Assembly: GCA_003599505.1 (NCBI GenBank)
Contig: QZKO01000014.1
Coordinates: forward strand, 7,774 to 71,773
Direction of reading: 5' to 3'
Length of the DNA: 64,000 nt
Source of the DNA: Nitrospiraceae bacterium
GTDB taxonomy: Bacteria; Nitrospirota; Thermodesulfovibrionia; UBA6902
Below are positions 10,490 through 19,506 of the stretch, piece by piece. The notes below the pieces were generated by a model. That model was not told the DNA's origin, searched no databases, and worked only from the letters and a program-made list of their open reading frames with translations. The translations under genes were made by a program, and so were the position numbers. Each line of letters opens with the position of its first letter. Positions within the stretch are counted from its first letter, which is position 1.

Positions 10490-10591
10490 GCATCAATCGT
10501 TAGGTATCAATATCTTTTTCTTTTTAATTCTTCTGTTGTTATAATTATAATTAGTTCCTTTCTGTGAAAGGCTTGCAAAGATTTTTCTTCT

Positions 10592-12139
10592 TTACTCTAT
10601 CTCAAAATCATCTGTTATCTTATAAAAGCTATAAGGATAAATAATTTCATTTACATAACTGTCATCGGGAAGTAATTTAAAGTTGCCCTTAAAATAAAGA
10701 TTGAAAATAACTCGAAAAGAATTCACTGGTGTTATGGAAGGATATAAAATACTTTTATTAACCCCGGGCAGAAAATATGCATTTAATATGCTCATTTTCT
10801 GTTTTAACTCTATTTTGGTTGCGCGTTTGATGTTGTATTGATGTTTCTCCTGTACTAATTTCATAGGATAGGACCCCTCATCTGACTGTAAGATAATAAT
10901 TGGAACAATTTCAGAGGTTGACAGGAGTTTATCAATAAGTTCTTTAATTTTATGATTAATAAAAATTAATTGCTCCAGATAATTATAATTTTCATTACGC
11001 TTTTCGACTACCTCCTCTGTTAAGAAATTTCCGTTTCTATCAAAAACGTATGGAGTGTGAGGGACAAGTATATGGGCGAAAACAAACGTGGGCTCTTTAA
11101 TTTTCGGGATCTCGACGAGTTTGTTCAGTTTATACAGTGTCCTTTGCCAGTGCTCCATACGGGGATCATAGATGCCCCATGCGACTGATATAGGGTATAA
11201 AACTGTAGTTTGATACAACATCGTTGCAAAACGGGGAAAAATATAATAATTAATATTTAAATCTGCATATGGATTAAAGCTCGTCGGTCGCCAATAATCT
11301 CCAACATGCACATATTTATATCCTGCTGATTTCAGAAGGCGCAATACTTTGTAATCTCGCAACATGGCATAAAGCATTGTGAAATCCCGAGAATCCGTTC
11401 CCATCTCTTCCTTTAGATGAAATACATGCTCCATATTCAGGGACGATGAAAGGGAGGGGGCAGTCGTCATATAATTAGACCTGCTTTGATCCGCTACATA
11501 AAATCCTTTATCGGTTAAATAGTTGAGAAATTCATTGTTGTCATAACCATAAACTTCTTTGAGGCTGTCTGCCCTGCAATATCTATCGAGGATTATATAG
11601 TAAATATCCGGTTGTTTATCAGTTTTTGAAAACGTCAGTATATCTGTGTTTTCCTCTACACTATGTCTGCTATCATGACTAACATATCTCTCCTTGAACT
11701 TAAAAATAAATACATTAACAAAAGCCAATACGATCAATAAAACAGACATGGCATTAAGTAGATTTGTAAATCTTATTAAAGTTCTTCGAGATTTCCAGAC
11801 GAAAAAAACGATAATCGTAAATAATAGTACCCATGCTGACAGAAAATATCTATTTCTGATCATTGTACTGCCAAATGAATACGATTCTCTTATCCAGAAG
11901 AAAATGTGTCCGTAAGAGAAAAAAAATAAGAAAAAGAATGAGATTAGGATTCCAGATTTTCTTGTTTCTCTTAAGAAAAGATTTAAGAGTAAAAAAAAGA
12001 GAATCGCAAACAAAAGGATGACGGCTGCAGAAATAACCGGTACTTTTATCGATATTATTTCATTTATGTTGTGTGAATAGAGGAATAAAACGGGATATAG
12101 CGCAAACAAAAAGGGATGAATGATATAAGGCTTTTTCAT
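10592..12139 (-). CDS. Membrane-anchored sulfatase-fold phosphotransferase (LtaS/EptA-like; Thr replaces the formylglycine Cys)
   Basis: It has N-terminal TM helices. The C-terminal AlkP/sulfatase fold carries FAHILVPHTPYVFD and a metal-site-like ILDRY...TTAPSLSSSL in which the sulfatase C-x-P-x-R Cys/Arg are absent. It is paralogous to 62079..64000. Confidence 0.5.
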   Translation of the reverse strand: MKKPYIIHPFLFALYPVLFLYSHNINEIISIKVPVISAAVILLFAILFFLLLNLFLRETRKSGILISFFFLFFFSYGHIFFWIRESYSFGSTMIRNRYFLSAWVLLFTIIVFFVWKSRRTLIRFTNLLNAMSVLLIVLAFVNVFIFKFKERYVSHDSRHSVEENTDILTFSKTDKQPDIYYIILDRYCRADSLKEVYGYDNNEFLNYLTDKGFYVADQSRSNYMTTAPSLSSSLNMEHVFHLKEEMGTDSRDFTMLYAMLRDYKVLRLLKSAGYKYVHVGDYWRPTSFNPYADLNINYYIFPRFATMLYQTTVLYPISVAWGIYDPRMEHWQRTLYKLNKLVEIPKIKEPTFVFAHILVPHTPYVFDRNGNFLTEEVVEKRNENYNYLEQLIFINHKIKELIDKLLSTSEIVPIIILQSDEGSYPMKLVQEKHQYNIKRATKIELKQKMSILNAYFLPGVNKSILYPSITPVNSFRVIFNLYFKGNFKLLPDDSYVNEIIYPYSFYKITDDFEIE

Positions 12140-12146
12140 TAATATT

Positions 12147-13517
12147 TTATGTTTTTTGCATCAAATATAAAATTCTTTCTGAATCTCTTATCTCAATTAA
12201 CTTTAAGATTTTAAAATATTTCTTAAATTCTTTTTCAAAGGCAGGTTGTAAATAATCTGAGAAAATGTCTTTTCTTGTTGCTAAAAGTTTTTGAACTTGA
12301 GAGTCACTTTTGGGAATAAACTCAATAATCAGCATATTGCAGATTTTACTGAAAAAATCCGCTATTTTCTCCATAGGAAGATTGTTTGAAATAACAAGAT
12401 GATGGATTAAAGCAAGTGCCAGCACGACATCGGAGGGGCCGCGCTCCAGAAAAGACATTCTCTCTGTGTTCCCCCACCCTATATTAGAGCTTGGATTTGT
12501 CAGGTCTAATAATAGAGGTAAAATTTTTGTTTCCCCTCTTTCAGTACATCTAAGATAATTTATCTCGACCGCGGCAGGATCAATATCAAAAGAAATTGTT
12601 TGTATCCCTTTAGCACTTGCAATACTGCTAAATACGCCAATATTAGCGCCTAAATCCCATAAAAGGCCAGGGTGAACCTCATCTAACAAATCAGAAACAA
12701 CCGCTTTTTTATGGCTCAGTGCATCCGGCGGGTAATTTGTATCTTTATAATAATTGCCCCATTCAGTGCCAACGGGACGCCATTTTAATTTTTTGATAGC
12801 AGTTTCCAAATTATCAATAAGTCCAAGAAATGAAAGAAGATTCATCTTGCGGCTTCTTATATTTGTAGTCTTCCCTGAAAAATATTTCTGGCTTTTTGCA
12901 TGGAGATGGATATGTGAAAACAATGAGAATATAAAATGCGTATTAAATGGCAAAAGAGAACTTGCCAGGTCCAACGGAATTCCATCTATAAAAACTCTAA
13001 ATAGCTGGCTAAGTCTGACATCTCTGTAAACCATCAACGCTAAAGGAGCGAGAAAGTGTTGGCAGCACTGTCTGTATGCCACCCAAGGTTTTCCCTCCTC
13101 GTATGTTTCAAAAGAAAGTGTGTCGATAAAAATGGGTTTAGAGTCTTTAAATTGTATATTATAAGCGCTACAGTCTTTCAGGGACATTCCAAAGTCAAGT
13201 GCTTTTTTTTGAATTTCAAGAGTGGTTAAAGCAGCATCTTTCAATTGACTGAAACTCCATTCATATGGGTAAGATACAAAAGGAACAATTTCAGGCTTTA
13301 TTATTTTATACGCTAAATCAGATTTGGCAGCTTGCACATCAACTTCTATGTGGGGAATTAATAGTTCTGCTTTTACAAGAGAGTCATAAAGACCCGACTC
13401 CATAAGATGCTGATAATTGTTTTTATAATAACAGTTTACTTGTCGATAAAGATGCCCATCCTGCTGAAAAAGGAATCCGCTTGGATCTCGAAAAGACCCC
13501 GATATGGGATGGTTCAT
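12147..13517 (-). CDS. Two-domain protein: N-terminal kinase-like (APH-like) region plus C-terminal class I SAM-dependent methyltransferase domain
   Basis: The C-terminal LLWDLGANIGVFSSIASAKGIQTISFDID matches MT motif I plus the acidic loop. The N-terminal LKDCSAYNIQF...IDTLSFE resembles a kinase catalytic loop and DFG-like region. The kinase reading is weak. Confidence 0.4.
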   Translation of the reverse strand: MNHPISGSFRDPSGFLFQQDGHLYRQVNCYYKNNYQHLMESGLYDSLVKAELLIPHIEVDVQAAKSDLAYKIIKPEIVPFVSYPYEWSFSQLKDAALTTLEIQKKALDFGMSLKDCSAYNIQFKDSKPIFIDTLSFETYEEGKPWVAYRQCCQHFLAPLALMVYRDVRLSQLFRVFIDGIPLDLASSLLPFNTHFIFSLFSHIHLHAKSQKYFSGKTTNIRSRKMNLLSFLGLIDNLETAIKKLKWRPVGTEWGNYYKDTNYPPDALSHKKAVVSDLLDEVHPGLLWDLGANIGVFSSIASAKGIQTISFDIDPAAVEINYLRCTERGETKILPLLLDLTNPSSNIGWGNTERMSFLERGPSDVVLALALIHHLVISNNLPMEKIADFFSKICNMLIIEFIPKSDSQVQKLLATRKDIFSDYLQPAFEKEFKKYFKILKLIEIRDSERILYLMQKT

Positions 13518-13717
13518 GCCTTGGTTTCTTTTGAGAATATAGATTTAAAAAAATTTATGATCTTCTTCCAGAATAACTTGACCAAATAAAGTCCTGTGAC
13601 AGAAGCTGCAATAATCATTTGAATAATGTAACTGCCAGTCCCGGCATCAAGATAAGCATAACCATTTTGGGGACAAGTCAAAAGACATAATACAACTAAA
13701 ACGAATATAATTTTCAA
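13514..13717 (-). CDS. Small secreted/membrane mini-protein (signal peptide plus C-terminal TM and basic tail)
   Basis: It encodes 67 aa. MKIIFVLVVLCLLTCPQNGYA is signal-like. It is followed by a short motif, a hydrophobic helix and KLFWKK. It sits tightly between two operon genes, with a 4-nt overlap on one side and a 5-nt gap on the other. It could be spurious. Confidence 0.3.
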   Translation of the reverse strand: MKIIFVLVVLCLLTCPQNGYAYLDAGTGSYIIQMIIAASVTGLYLVKLFWKKIINFFKSIFSKETKA

Positions 13718-13722
13718 CCTAT

Positions 13723-15264
13723 TTATTTTCCTCCTGAAGAATGAATCCTGTCCTTTGTTTTCATAATATTATAACAGTAAATATCAACATTCGCAATTTC
13801 AGTTATATCCTTGTGAAGAGATTTAATTTCATCATGATTACTGTCAAGCCAAGCCTTTGCATAACCGTTTTTGTCTGCATACCATTCACGGCTGAGGATT
13901 AGCCAGAGACGCTTTTTATTCTCCGCCATTTCCTGAAGCACGCCTTCAATGTCCTTCTTATTGTCTGTCTGTGCGGATTTTAATGACTCGCAGACGATAT
14001 CCTCTGATCTGGAATATCTATTGAATGTTACATCGTCAACAACACATAGCAGCACATCGTCTGCAGATCTATGGCTTTTTATATATGATACAGCGCTGCG
14101 TATGTCAGGTTTTGAATATTTAACATCAGACTGATAGCTTGCATATGAGAAAGAGCAAAATCCGATGATCGCGGCTATTGCAACAAGGGGCAGGTATTTA
14201 CTGAGCTTCACTGATTTCAGGCATAAAAGCCAATCTATTCCTATAGAGACACACAAAAGAGATCCAAACAGTGCTGCACCGCTATATCTTACATTATAAG
14301 TTAACCGTGGGTTTAAGAGCGTTAATACGATTGCCCCGCTTATGGGCATGATTATGAGAAGAAGGAGAAGGATGAATTCTGCTCTATCCTTTCTTGTGGA
14401 CCATAGACCCAGAGTGACTAATGTGCTGTAAAGAATAAACAGCGGGAAGATTATGGAGATGTAAGGCGTTACTACTGTTAACGACGGGTTGATATGGAGT
14501 TCTCTTAAGGAAGGGCCGATACTAAACCCTGCAAAAAAAGAATAGAAGGTGTAGGGAAGAGCTATAAAATAATTTACAGGTTTTAGATAAGCTGTTCCCC
14601 TGTCTTTCAAAGATGTTAACTGGTGGATGATCCATGGCAGATAACAGATTACAATAACACTGAAAGCCGCGATCCATTTAAGGACCTGATGCTTGTATTT
14701 TTTAAAAAATATAATTAAATACAGAAATTGCACGAACATGATAAACACAAACATCTGCAATGTATAAAGCGCGGCGATAGAGCTTATTATAAAGCCTGAG
14801 TAGTTGGCAGGGCTTGGCTTATCAAGCGCTCTCAGGAAGTATAGCATAGATACCAGAATCAGCATCCAGAAAAGGGCGTACATCCTTGCATCTTGTGAAT
14901 ACCATATGTGGAATGGCGATATTGACAATAAGAATGCCGATATAAGGCCGGTCTTTTCATTAAATAATTTTTTCCCAAGTAAAAAAAATAAAGGAACACT
15001 CAATGATCCAAAAATGAATGGTACAAATCGTATCGCATAATCACTGTCAGGGAATAATTTAGATACAGCATAGACCAGGATCGCATTTGCCGGGGGAGTA
15101 TCGGGAAGACTTAATGACATGTCACCCAGAAATTGACGCTTAAATGCAGTCTCCTCAGCAACTTCATCATACCACAGTGACTGCCTGCTTATACCATATA
15201 CCCGTAACAGGACGGCAATCAAGAAGATAACGATAGATATGGAAATGACAATACGTCTTGACAT
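13723..15264 (-). CDS. GT-C fold glycosyltransferase of the ArnT/PMT (GT39/GT83-like) family
   Basis: The N-terminal TM helix is followed by the loop motif SLWYDEVAE, the DE motif of ArnT/PMT enzymes. It has at least 11 TM segments. It lies immediately downstream of a Dpm1/ArnC-like GT2. Confidence 0.65.
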   Translation of the reverse strand: MSRRIVISISIVIFLIAVLLRVYGISRQSLWYDEVAEETAFKRQFLGDMSLSLPDTPPANAILVYAVSKLFPDSDYAIRFVPFIFGSLSVPLFFLLGKKLFNEKTGLISAFLLSISPFHIWYSQDARMYALFWMLILVSMLYFLRALDKPSPANYSGFIISSIAALYTLQMFVFIMFVQFLYLIIFFKKYKHQVLKWIAAFSVIVICYLPWIIHQLTSLKDRGTAYLKPVNYFIALPYTFYSFFAGFSIGPSLRELHINPSLTVVTPYISIIFPLFILYSTLVTLGLWSTRKDRAEFILLLLLIIMPISGAIVLTLLNPRLTYNVRYSGAALFGSLLCVSIGIDWLLCLKSVKLSKYLPLVAIAAIIGFCSFSYASYQSDVKYSKPDIRSAVSYIKSHRSADDVLLCVVDDVTFNRYSRSEDIVCESLKSAQTDNKKDIEGVLQEMAENKKRLWLILSREWYADKNGYAKAWLDSNHDEIKSLHKDITEIANVDIYCYNIMKTKDRIHSSGGK

Positions 15265-15294
15265 CTCATTATTCAGAGCTACTTCTGAATCCTT

Positions 15295-16059
15295 TCACAG
15301 AAGACCAAACAATTTTTCAAAGCGCAATCTTATTACAGTGTAAATATATTTTTTCCCGCGTTTCAGATAATGCAATATGTTGCTGCCGGTCTTAGATTCC
15401 CCGCTTCGTCGAGGCATAGCCATATAGGGCAATTCACAAACACGATATTTTTTGCTCAGTACGCGAAAAATGAAGTCAATAAAATATTCTCCGTAATCGC
15501 CTCTTAATGGAATGGCTTTCAGAACCTCACGTTGAACTGCAATAAAACCGCTTGTGTAATCTGAGAATGTAGGATATAAAAAAAATCTTATGCCCCAATT
15601 TAACGATTTGCTTAAAATGAGCTGTATAAAACTTCCCTTGCCTCTGCGATCTTCACCCCCACCGATTATGTAACGGGAATTTACAACAACCTCAAATCCC
15701 TGCGAGATCATAAAAAGCAACTGGGGAATGCATTCGGGAGGGTGGGTAAAATCACAATCGAACCAAATTATTATATCATGGGATGCGGATGATATACCCT
15801 CTTTCAGTGATGCGGTAAGTCCATGATCTTTCATGCGGCGAATGACACGTATATCAGCGGCCTCACAGGTAGTATTTGATGCAATTTCCCATGTTTTGTC
15901 AGGAGAATTATCATCTACGACAATGACCTCAATTTTTTGTATTCCTGTATGCCGGATGGCATTTACTGTTGCATGGATTAGGTCCTCAATGTGGCCGGCT
16001 TCATTGAAGGTGGGCATTATGACAGATACTCCCGATATGGAAGAGGACAGTGTAACCAC
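15295..16059 (-). CDS. GT2 polyprenyl-phosphate glycosyltransferase (Dpm1/ArnC-like, soluble form)
   Basis: VIMPTFNEAGHIE...VIVVDDNSPDKT is GT-A DXD-type architecture (DD motif) typical of dolichyl/undecaprenyl-phosphate sugar synthases. Confidence 0.75.
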   Translation of the reverse strand: MVTLSSSISGVSVIMPTFNEAGHIEDLIHATVNAIRHTGIQKIEVIVVDDNSPDKTWEIASNTTCEAADIRVIRRMKDHGLTASLKEGISSASHDIIIWFDCDFTHPPECIPQLLFMISQGFEVVVNSRYIIGGGEDRRGKGSFIQLILSKSLNWGIRFFLYPTFSDYTSGFIAVQREVLKAIPLRGDYGEYFIDFIFRVLSKKYRVCELPYMAMPRRSGESKTGSNILHYLKRGKKYIYTVIRLRFEKLFGLL

Positions 16060-16138
16060 TATTGTTTAATGACCTTAATTAATATGATTTGATTTGCTAT
16101 AAATTCTTTCATTGACTTTAGGCTAAAAAGGAGATACT

Positions 16139-17248
16139 TCACTTTGGCATTATTTCTTTAATAGCTGCTGCGACTTTTTGTATATCTCTTTCTGATAGAG
16201 TTAGGCCTGATGGCAGATACAGTCCCTGCTTTGAGATCCTCTCAGTAACCGGGTAGGACTCATTACTGAAAAAACCCATCTTGCACAGAGCTGGTTGTTC
16301 GTGCATTCCGAGGAAGTAAGGTCTTGTAGCTATTTCTTTTTCACTTAGCTGCCTTGCGAAACTTTCAGCAGTAAATCCTGTTGTCTCACTAATTACTATT
16401 CCATACATCCAATAAACATTTTTTGCCCATTTTTTTTCAACCGGTTTTTGAATCCATTTGATGTCCGTTAGATGTTTATTATAAGACGCTCCATTTCTTC
16501 TTTTGATTCCGACAAATTCATCTATTCTTTCCATTTGGGCGGTGCCAACTGCGGCCTGAAGATTAGTTATGCGGTAGTTTCCTCCTAATTCTTCATGATA
16601 AAATCTTCTTCCTTCCTTAAAGCAAAGATTTCTGTGCAGTCTCGCCCTCTCAGAAAGTCTGTTATCATTAGTTACGACCATACCTCCTTCACCTGTTGTA
16701 ATGATCTTATTGGCATAAAAACTGAAACAATTTATATGTCCAATGCCTCCACATTTCCTGCCCTTATATTCAGCTCCGTGTACTTCCGCGGCATCCTCAA
16801 TGATATATAACCCGTATTTTTCTGCAAGATATATAATAGGATCCATATCGACCGGGTGACCATACATATGGACTGGCATTATTGCTTTCGTTTTTTTGGT
16901 AATTTTATCCTTTACCTGATTGATGTCCATACACCATGTGTCAGCCTCTACATCAACAAGCACCGGAACCCCACCTCGTCTTATGACTGCGAGTGCACAG
17001 GAGATAATAGTGAATGCAGGCATAATAACTTCTTCTCCCGGCTTTAGATCTATTGCGGACATCGCAACTTCAAGCGCTACGGTACCATTGCAAACCGCTA
17101 TGCCATGCTGCAGGCCAACATAACTTGCAACCATCTCTTCAAAGCTTCGTACAAAAGGGCCTTCAGACGAGATCCACCCTGTATCAATGCATTCCATTAA
17201 ATATTTTTTTTCATTCCCGTTCAAAAGAGGTTCATTAACTGGAATCAT
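16139..17248 (-). CDS. DegT/DnrJ/EryC1/StrS-family PLP-dependent sugar aminotransferase (ArnB-like)
   Basis: GIAVCNGTVALEVA and SFYANKIITTGEGGMV carry the PLP-lysine motif and are diagnostic of the family. Confidence 0.85.
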   Translation of the reverse strand: MIPVNEPLLNGNEKKYLMECIDTGWISSEGPFVRSFEEMVASYVGLQHGIAVCNGTVALEVAMSAIDLKPGEEVIMPAFTIISCALAVIRRGGVPVLVDVEADTWCMDINQVKDKITKKTKAIMPVHMYGHPVDMDPIIYLAEKYGLYIIEDAAEVHGAEYKGRKCGGIGHINCFSFYANKIITTGEGGMVVTNDNRLSERARLHRNLCFKEGRRFYHEELGGNYRITNLQAAVGTAQMERIDEFVGIKRRNGASYNKHLTDIKWIQKPVEKKWAKNVYWMYGIVISETTGFTAESFARQLSEKEIATRPYFLGMHEQPALCKMGFFSNESYPVTERISKQGLYLPSGLTLSERDIQKVAAAIKEIMPK

Positions 17249-17685
17249 GTTTTTTCCTCAAAGTGTGTTTTATCTATCTCACCTGCATAAGGCCCCTGTT
17301 TTATTTCTATCATATCAACATCTTCAATAACCTCAAACCCATGACCACCGCCTCCGAGCAAAATAACGTCTCCTGCATCGAGAAAATGTGTTGAATAATA
17401 AGACTGATTGCTGCGATACAAATCAACTTTTAATCTTCCTCTCTTAATTACTAATACTTCTTGTGTAAAGCGTATCTCGCGTTTAACAGCATTATGGGCG
17501 TGAGGTTTAATTTTTCTTCCTGCTTTATGATGCATATATGCGAGTTGTTGAGAAAAATCATCTGGTGTGAAAAACTTGACTCCTTCGGTTGAAAAATTAT
17601 TTCTTATAATTATTGCTAAAATTTCATTATCATCTTTAATTGTTTCTATATATTCCATAGTCTTTCCTATCACTACTATTGGCAA
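17245..17685 (-). CDS. Cupin-domain protein (possible sugar isomerase/epimerase)
   Basis: It has the two-motif cupin signature (PHAHNAVKRE ... GGGGHGFEV). The 4-nt ATGA overlap with the aminotransferase indicates translational coupling. Confidence 0.45.
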   Translation of the reverse strand: MPIVVIGKTMEYIETIKDDNEILAIIIRNNFSTEGVKFFTPDDFSQQLAYMHHKAGRKIKPHAHNAVKREIRFTQEVLVIKRGRLKVDLYRSNQSYYSTHFLDAGDVILLGGGGHGFEVIEDVDMIEIKQGPYAGEIDKTHFEEKT

Positions 17686-17841
17686 CTCTTTTCTTTTGGT
17701 CGATTGTGAATTATCCCTGATCCAGGACGTATCAATAGAAATTGTAACTTATTGTAATAGTTTATATTCTGAACATCAATTAAATCAACTTTTATCCTCG
17801 TATATATGAAAAAGGACACTTCTATTTTGGCTTGGCAGAAA

Positions 17842-18492
17842 TTATTTCTCACCAAAGATGTAATCTGACTGAGTTGATTCGAGCGACAAACTGAGATCAT
17901 GAACAAATTCATTTCCCATAATTATTGCTTCTTCTATTTCATGTTCATTTGCAGGAATATCAATACGCACCATTAAACCAACACGTTTTGCATTAAAGAG
18001 AGAGAAATATAGTTGTTTAATCTTATTCTCAATCCACTCATTGGCGATGTTTTTATCAATAATTACCCAGTAAAAGCTCAGGAAACTGTTTCCACCATTT
18101 TGTGTAAATAACGCGTGTGCTTTAAAGGTGCGGTTAGAGACTGTAAACTCGGTATCTTCGAGTTCATTTATCATATATCCCGAGTTTGTGAAGCAAACTC
18201 GGGGGTTGTGTAAATTTCCGGCATCCAGAATGATGAAAAGCAGGCTTTTACCGTCCTGATTTATATATTGATACCCAAGCGCGTCATTGATAAAATTATA
18301 TGTGGATTCCTCATAATTAATATTTAAAGCCCCTGTGACGTCTTTTCCATTCCATCCTGGAAAGGTAAGAGGAATTTTAAGTTCGGAGATGAATTTTGTG
18401 CCGGTGTATTTTGTTTCAGGGATAATATAACTTGATAAAACAGTAGATATCAGCAAGAAAATCACTATAAAAGTTTTTCTTTTATATGTCAT
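17842..18492 (-). CDS. EpsI-family exosortase-associated protein
   Basis: It has a single N-terminal TM and a soluble domain of about 190 aa. It is positioned immediately downstream of the exosortase, which is the canonical EpsH/EpsI arrangement. Confidence 0.5.
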   Translation of the reverse strand: MTYKRKTFIVIFLLISTVLSSYIIPETKYTGTKFISELKIPLTFPGWNGKDVTGALNINYEESTYNFINDALGYQYINQDGKSLLFIILDAGNLHNPRVCFTNSGYMINELEDTEFTVSNRTFKAHALFTQNGGNSFLSFYWVIIDKNIANEWIENKIKQLYFSLFNAKRVGLMVRIDIPANEHEIEEAIIMGNEFVHDLSLSLESTQSDYIFGEK

Positions 18493-18506
18493 GGAAAATT
18501 AACTCG

Positions 18507-19319
18507 TTAAGTCAATTTGTTCATTAATGATTCTATTCCCAACAGTCCGGACAGAGTAATAATAAAAATTACGATTCCGCTGAAGTTATGAAAAAAGCCC
18601 TGTCCGGCTTCTTCCCCGAAATAGAATGTTATGAGGCATAAAGTTATGACACGAATCAGATTACCAAGCAATGACAGAGGAACGATACAGACGGCAAGGG
18701 CAGATTTCTTTAAAATAGATCCGTTCATAATATAAACATAAACCAGCACCAGGGAAAACATCGTAATCAGAGAACGAAATCCGCTGCAGGGCGCTCCCAT
18801 GAATATTGTAGTGTAACCTATAGTTAATTCGAGCCCCGATCTCGTAATAGGATAATTCAGCAGCGCCAGTATCGATTCTGTCGCGACCGATATAGCGTGG
18901 CGCATGGGTAATGTGATGCTATCCAGAATTCCAAACGGCGGCGGTATTAACAATAGGAGATATAAGATAGGAAAAGATAGTTCTTTTGCCATATCATTTC
19001 CATAAAGATATCCTGTTAAACCGAATAAAAAAGGTATTATGGAAATTATTTGGAAGAAAAAGTAACCTTGACGCAGACCCCAAAGATGCATCGTGAGTCC
19101 CGTTAATAACAGGAAGAGATTGAGAGCATTATTGTAATGACGATCATTTTTATTAACGATTTCTTTCAGTCTCAGCCGTTTTCGCCAGACAAGCCAGATA
19201 GAAAGGGGTAAAATAAAGTAAGCATGTGTGTAATCAATAAAATCCCAGCGCGTTTTGTAAAGGTCGAAGAATTTCGGTATATAAAGAACAAGTGCCAGTG
19301 TCCAGATTAAATAAGTCAA
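18507..19319 (-). CDS. Exosortase (Xrt/EpsH family) polytopic membrane transpeptidase
   Basis: It has about 8 TM segments. A conserved-looking Cys/Arg region, GAPCSGFRSL, is present. It sits adjacent to an EpsI-like gene. Confidence 0.6.
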   Translation of the reverse strand: MTYLIWTLALVLYIPKFFDLYKTRWDFIDYTHAYFILPLSIWLVWRKRLRLKEIVNKNDRHYNNALNLFLLLTGLTMHLWGLRQGYFFFQIISIIPFLFGLTGYLYGNDMAKELSFPILYLLLLIPPPFGILDSITLPMRHAISVATESILALLNYPITRSGLELTIGYTTIFMGAPCSGFRSLITMFSLVLVYVYIMNGSILKKSALAVCIVPLSLLGNLIRVITLCLITFYFGEEAGQGFFHNFSGIVIFIITLSGLLGIESLMNKLT

Positions 19320-19506
19320 TGTGACAAAACCTCAGTGCCTTAAATTGAACCGCTTGTCGAACCATGGATGCCCGATTAAAGACTTCGGGCATGATGAAAA
19401 ATAAAAATAACAATTTATGGACATATACTAATTGGTTTGCTGAACAAGAATTTTCCAAAAAATTAATAATTTGTTATAGTAATATTATAAATAATTATCA
19501 AAAGAT

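Noticed and set aside
19368-19392. Hairpin ATGCCCG-N11-CGGGCAT in the exosortase / radical SAM divergent region as a terminator
   Set aside because: No U-tract follows on either strand. It lies in a promoter region between divergent genes and is at most a minor regulatory structure.
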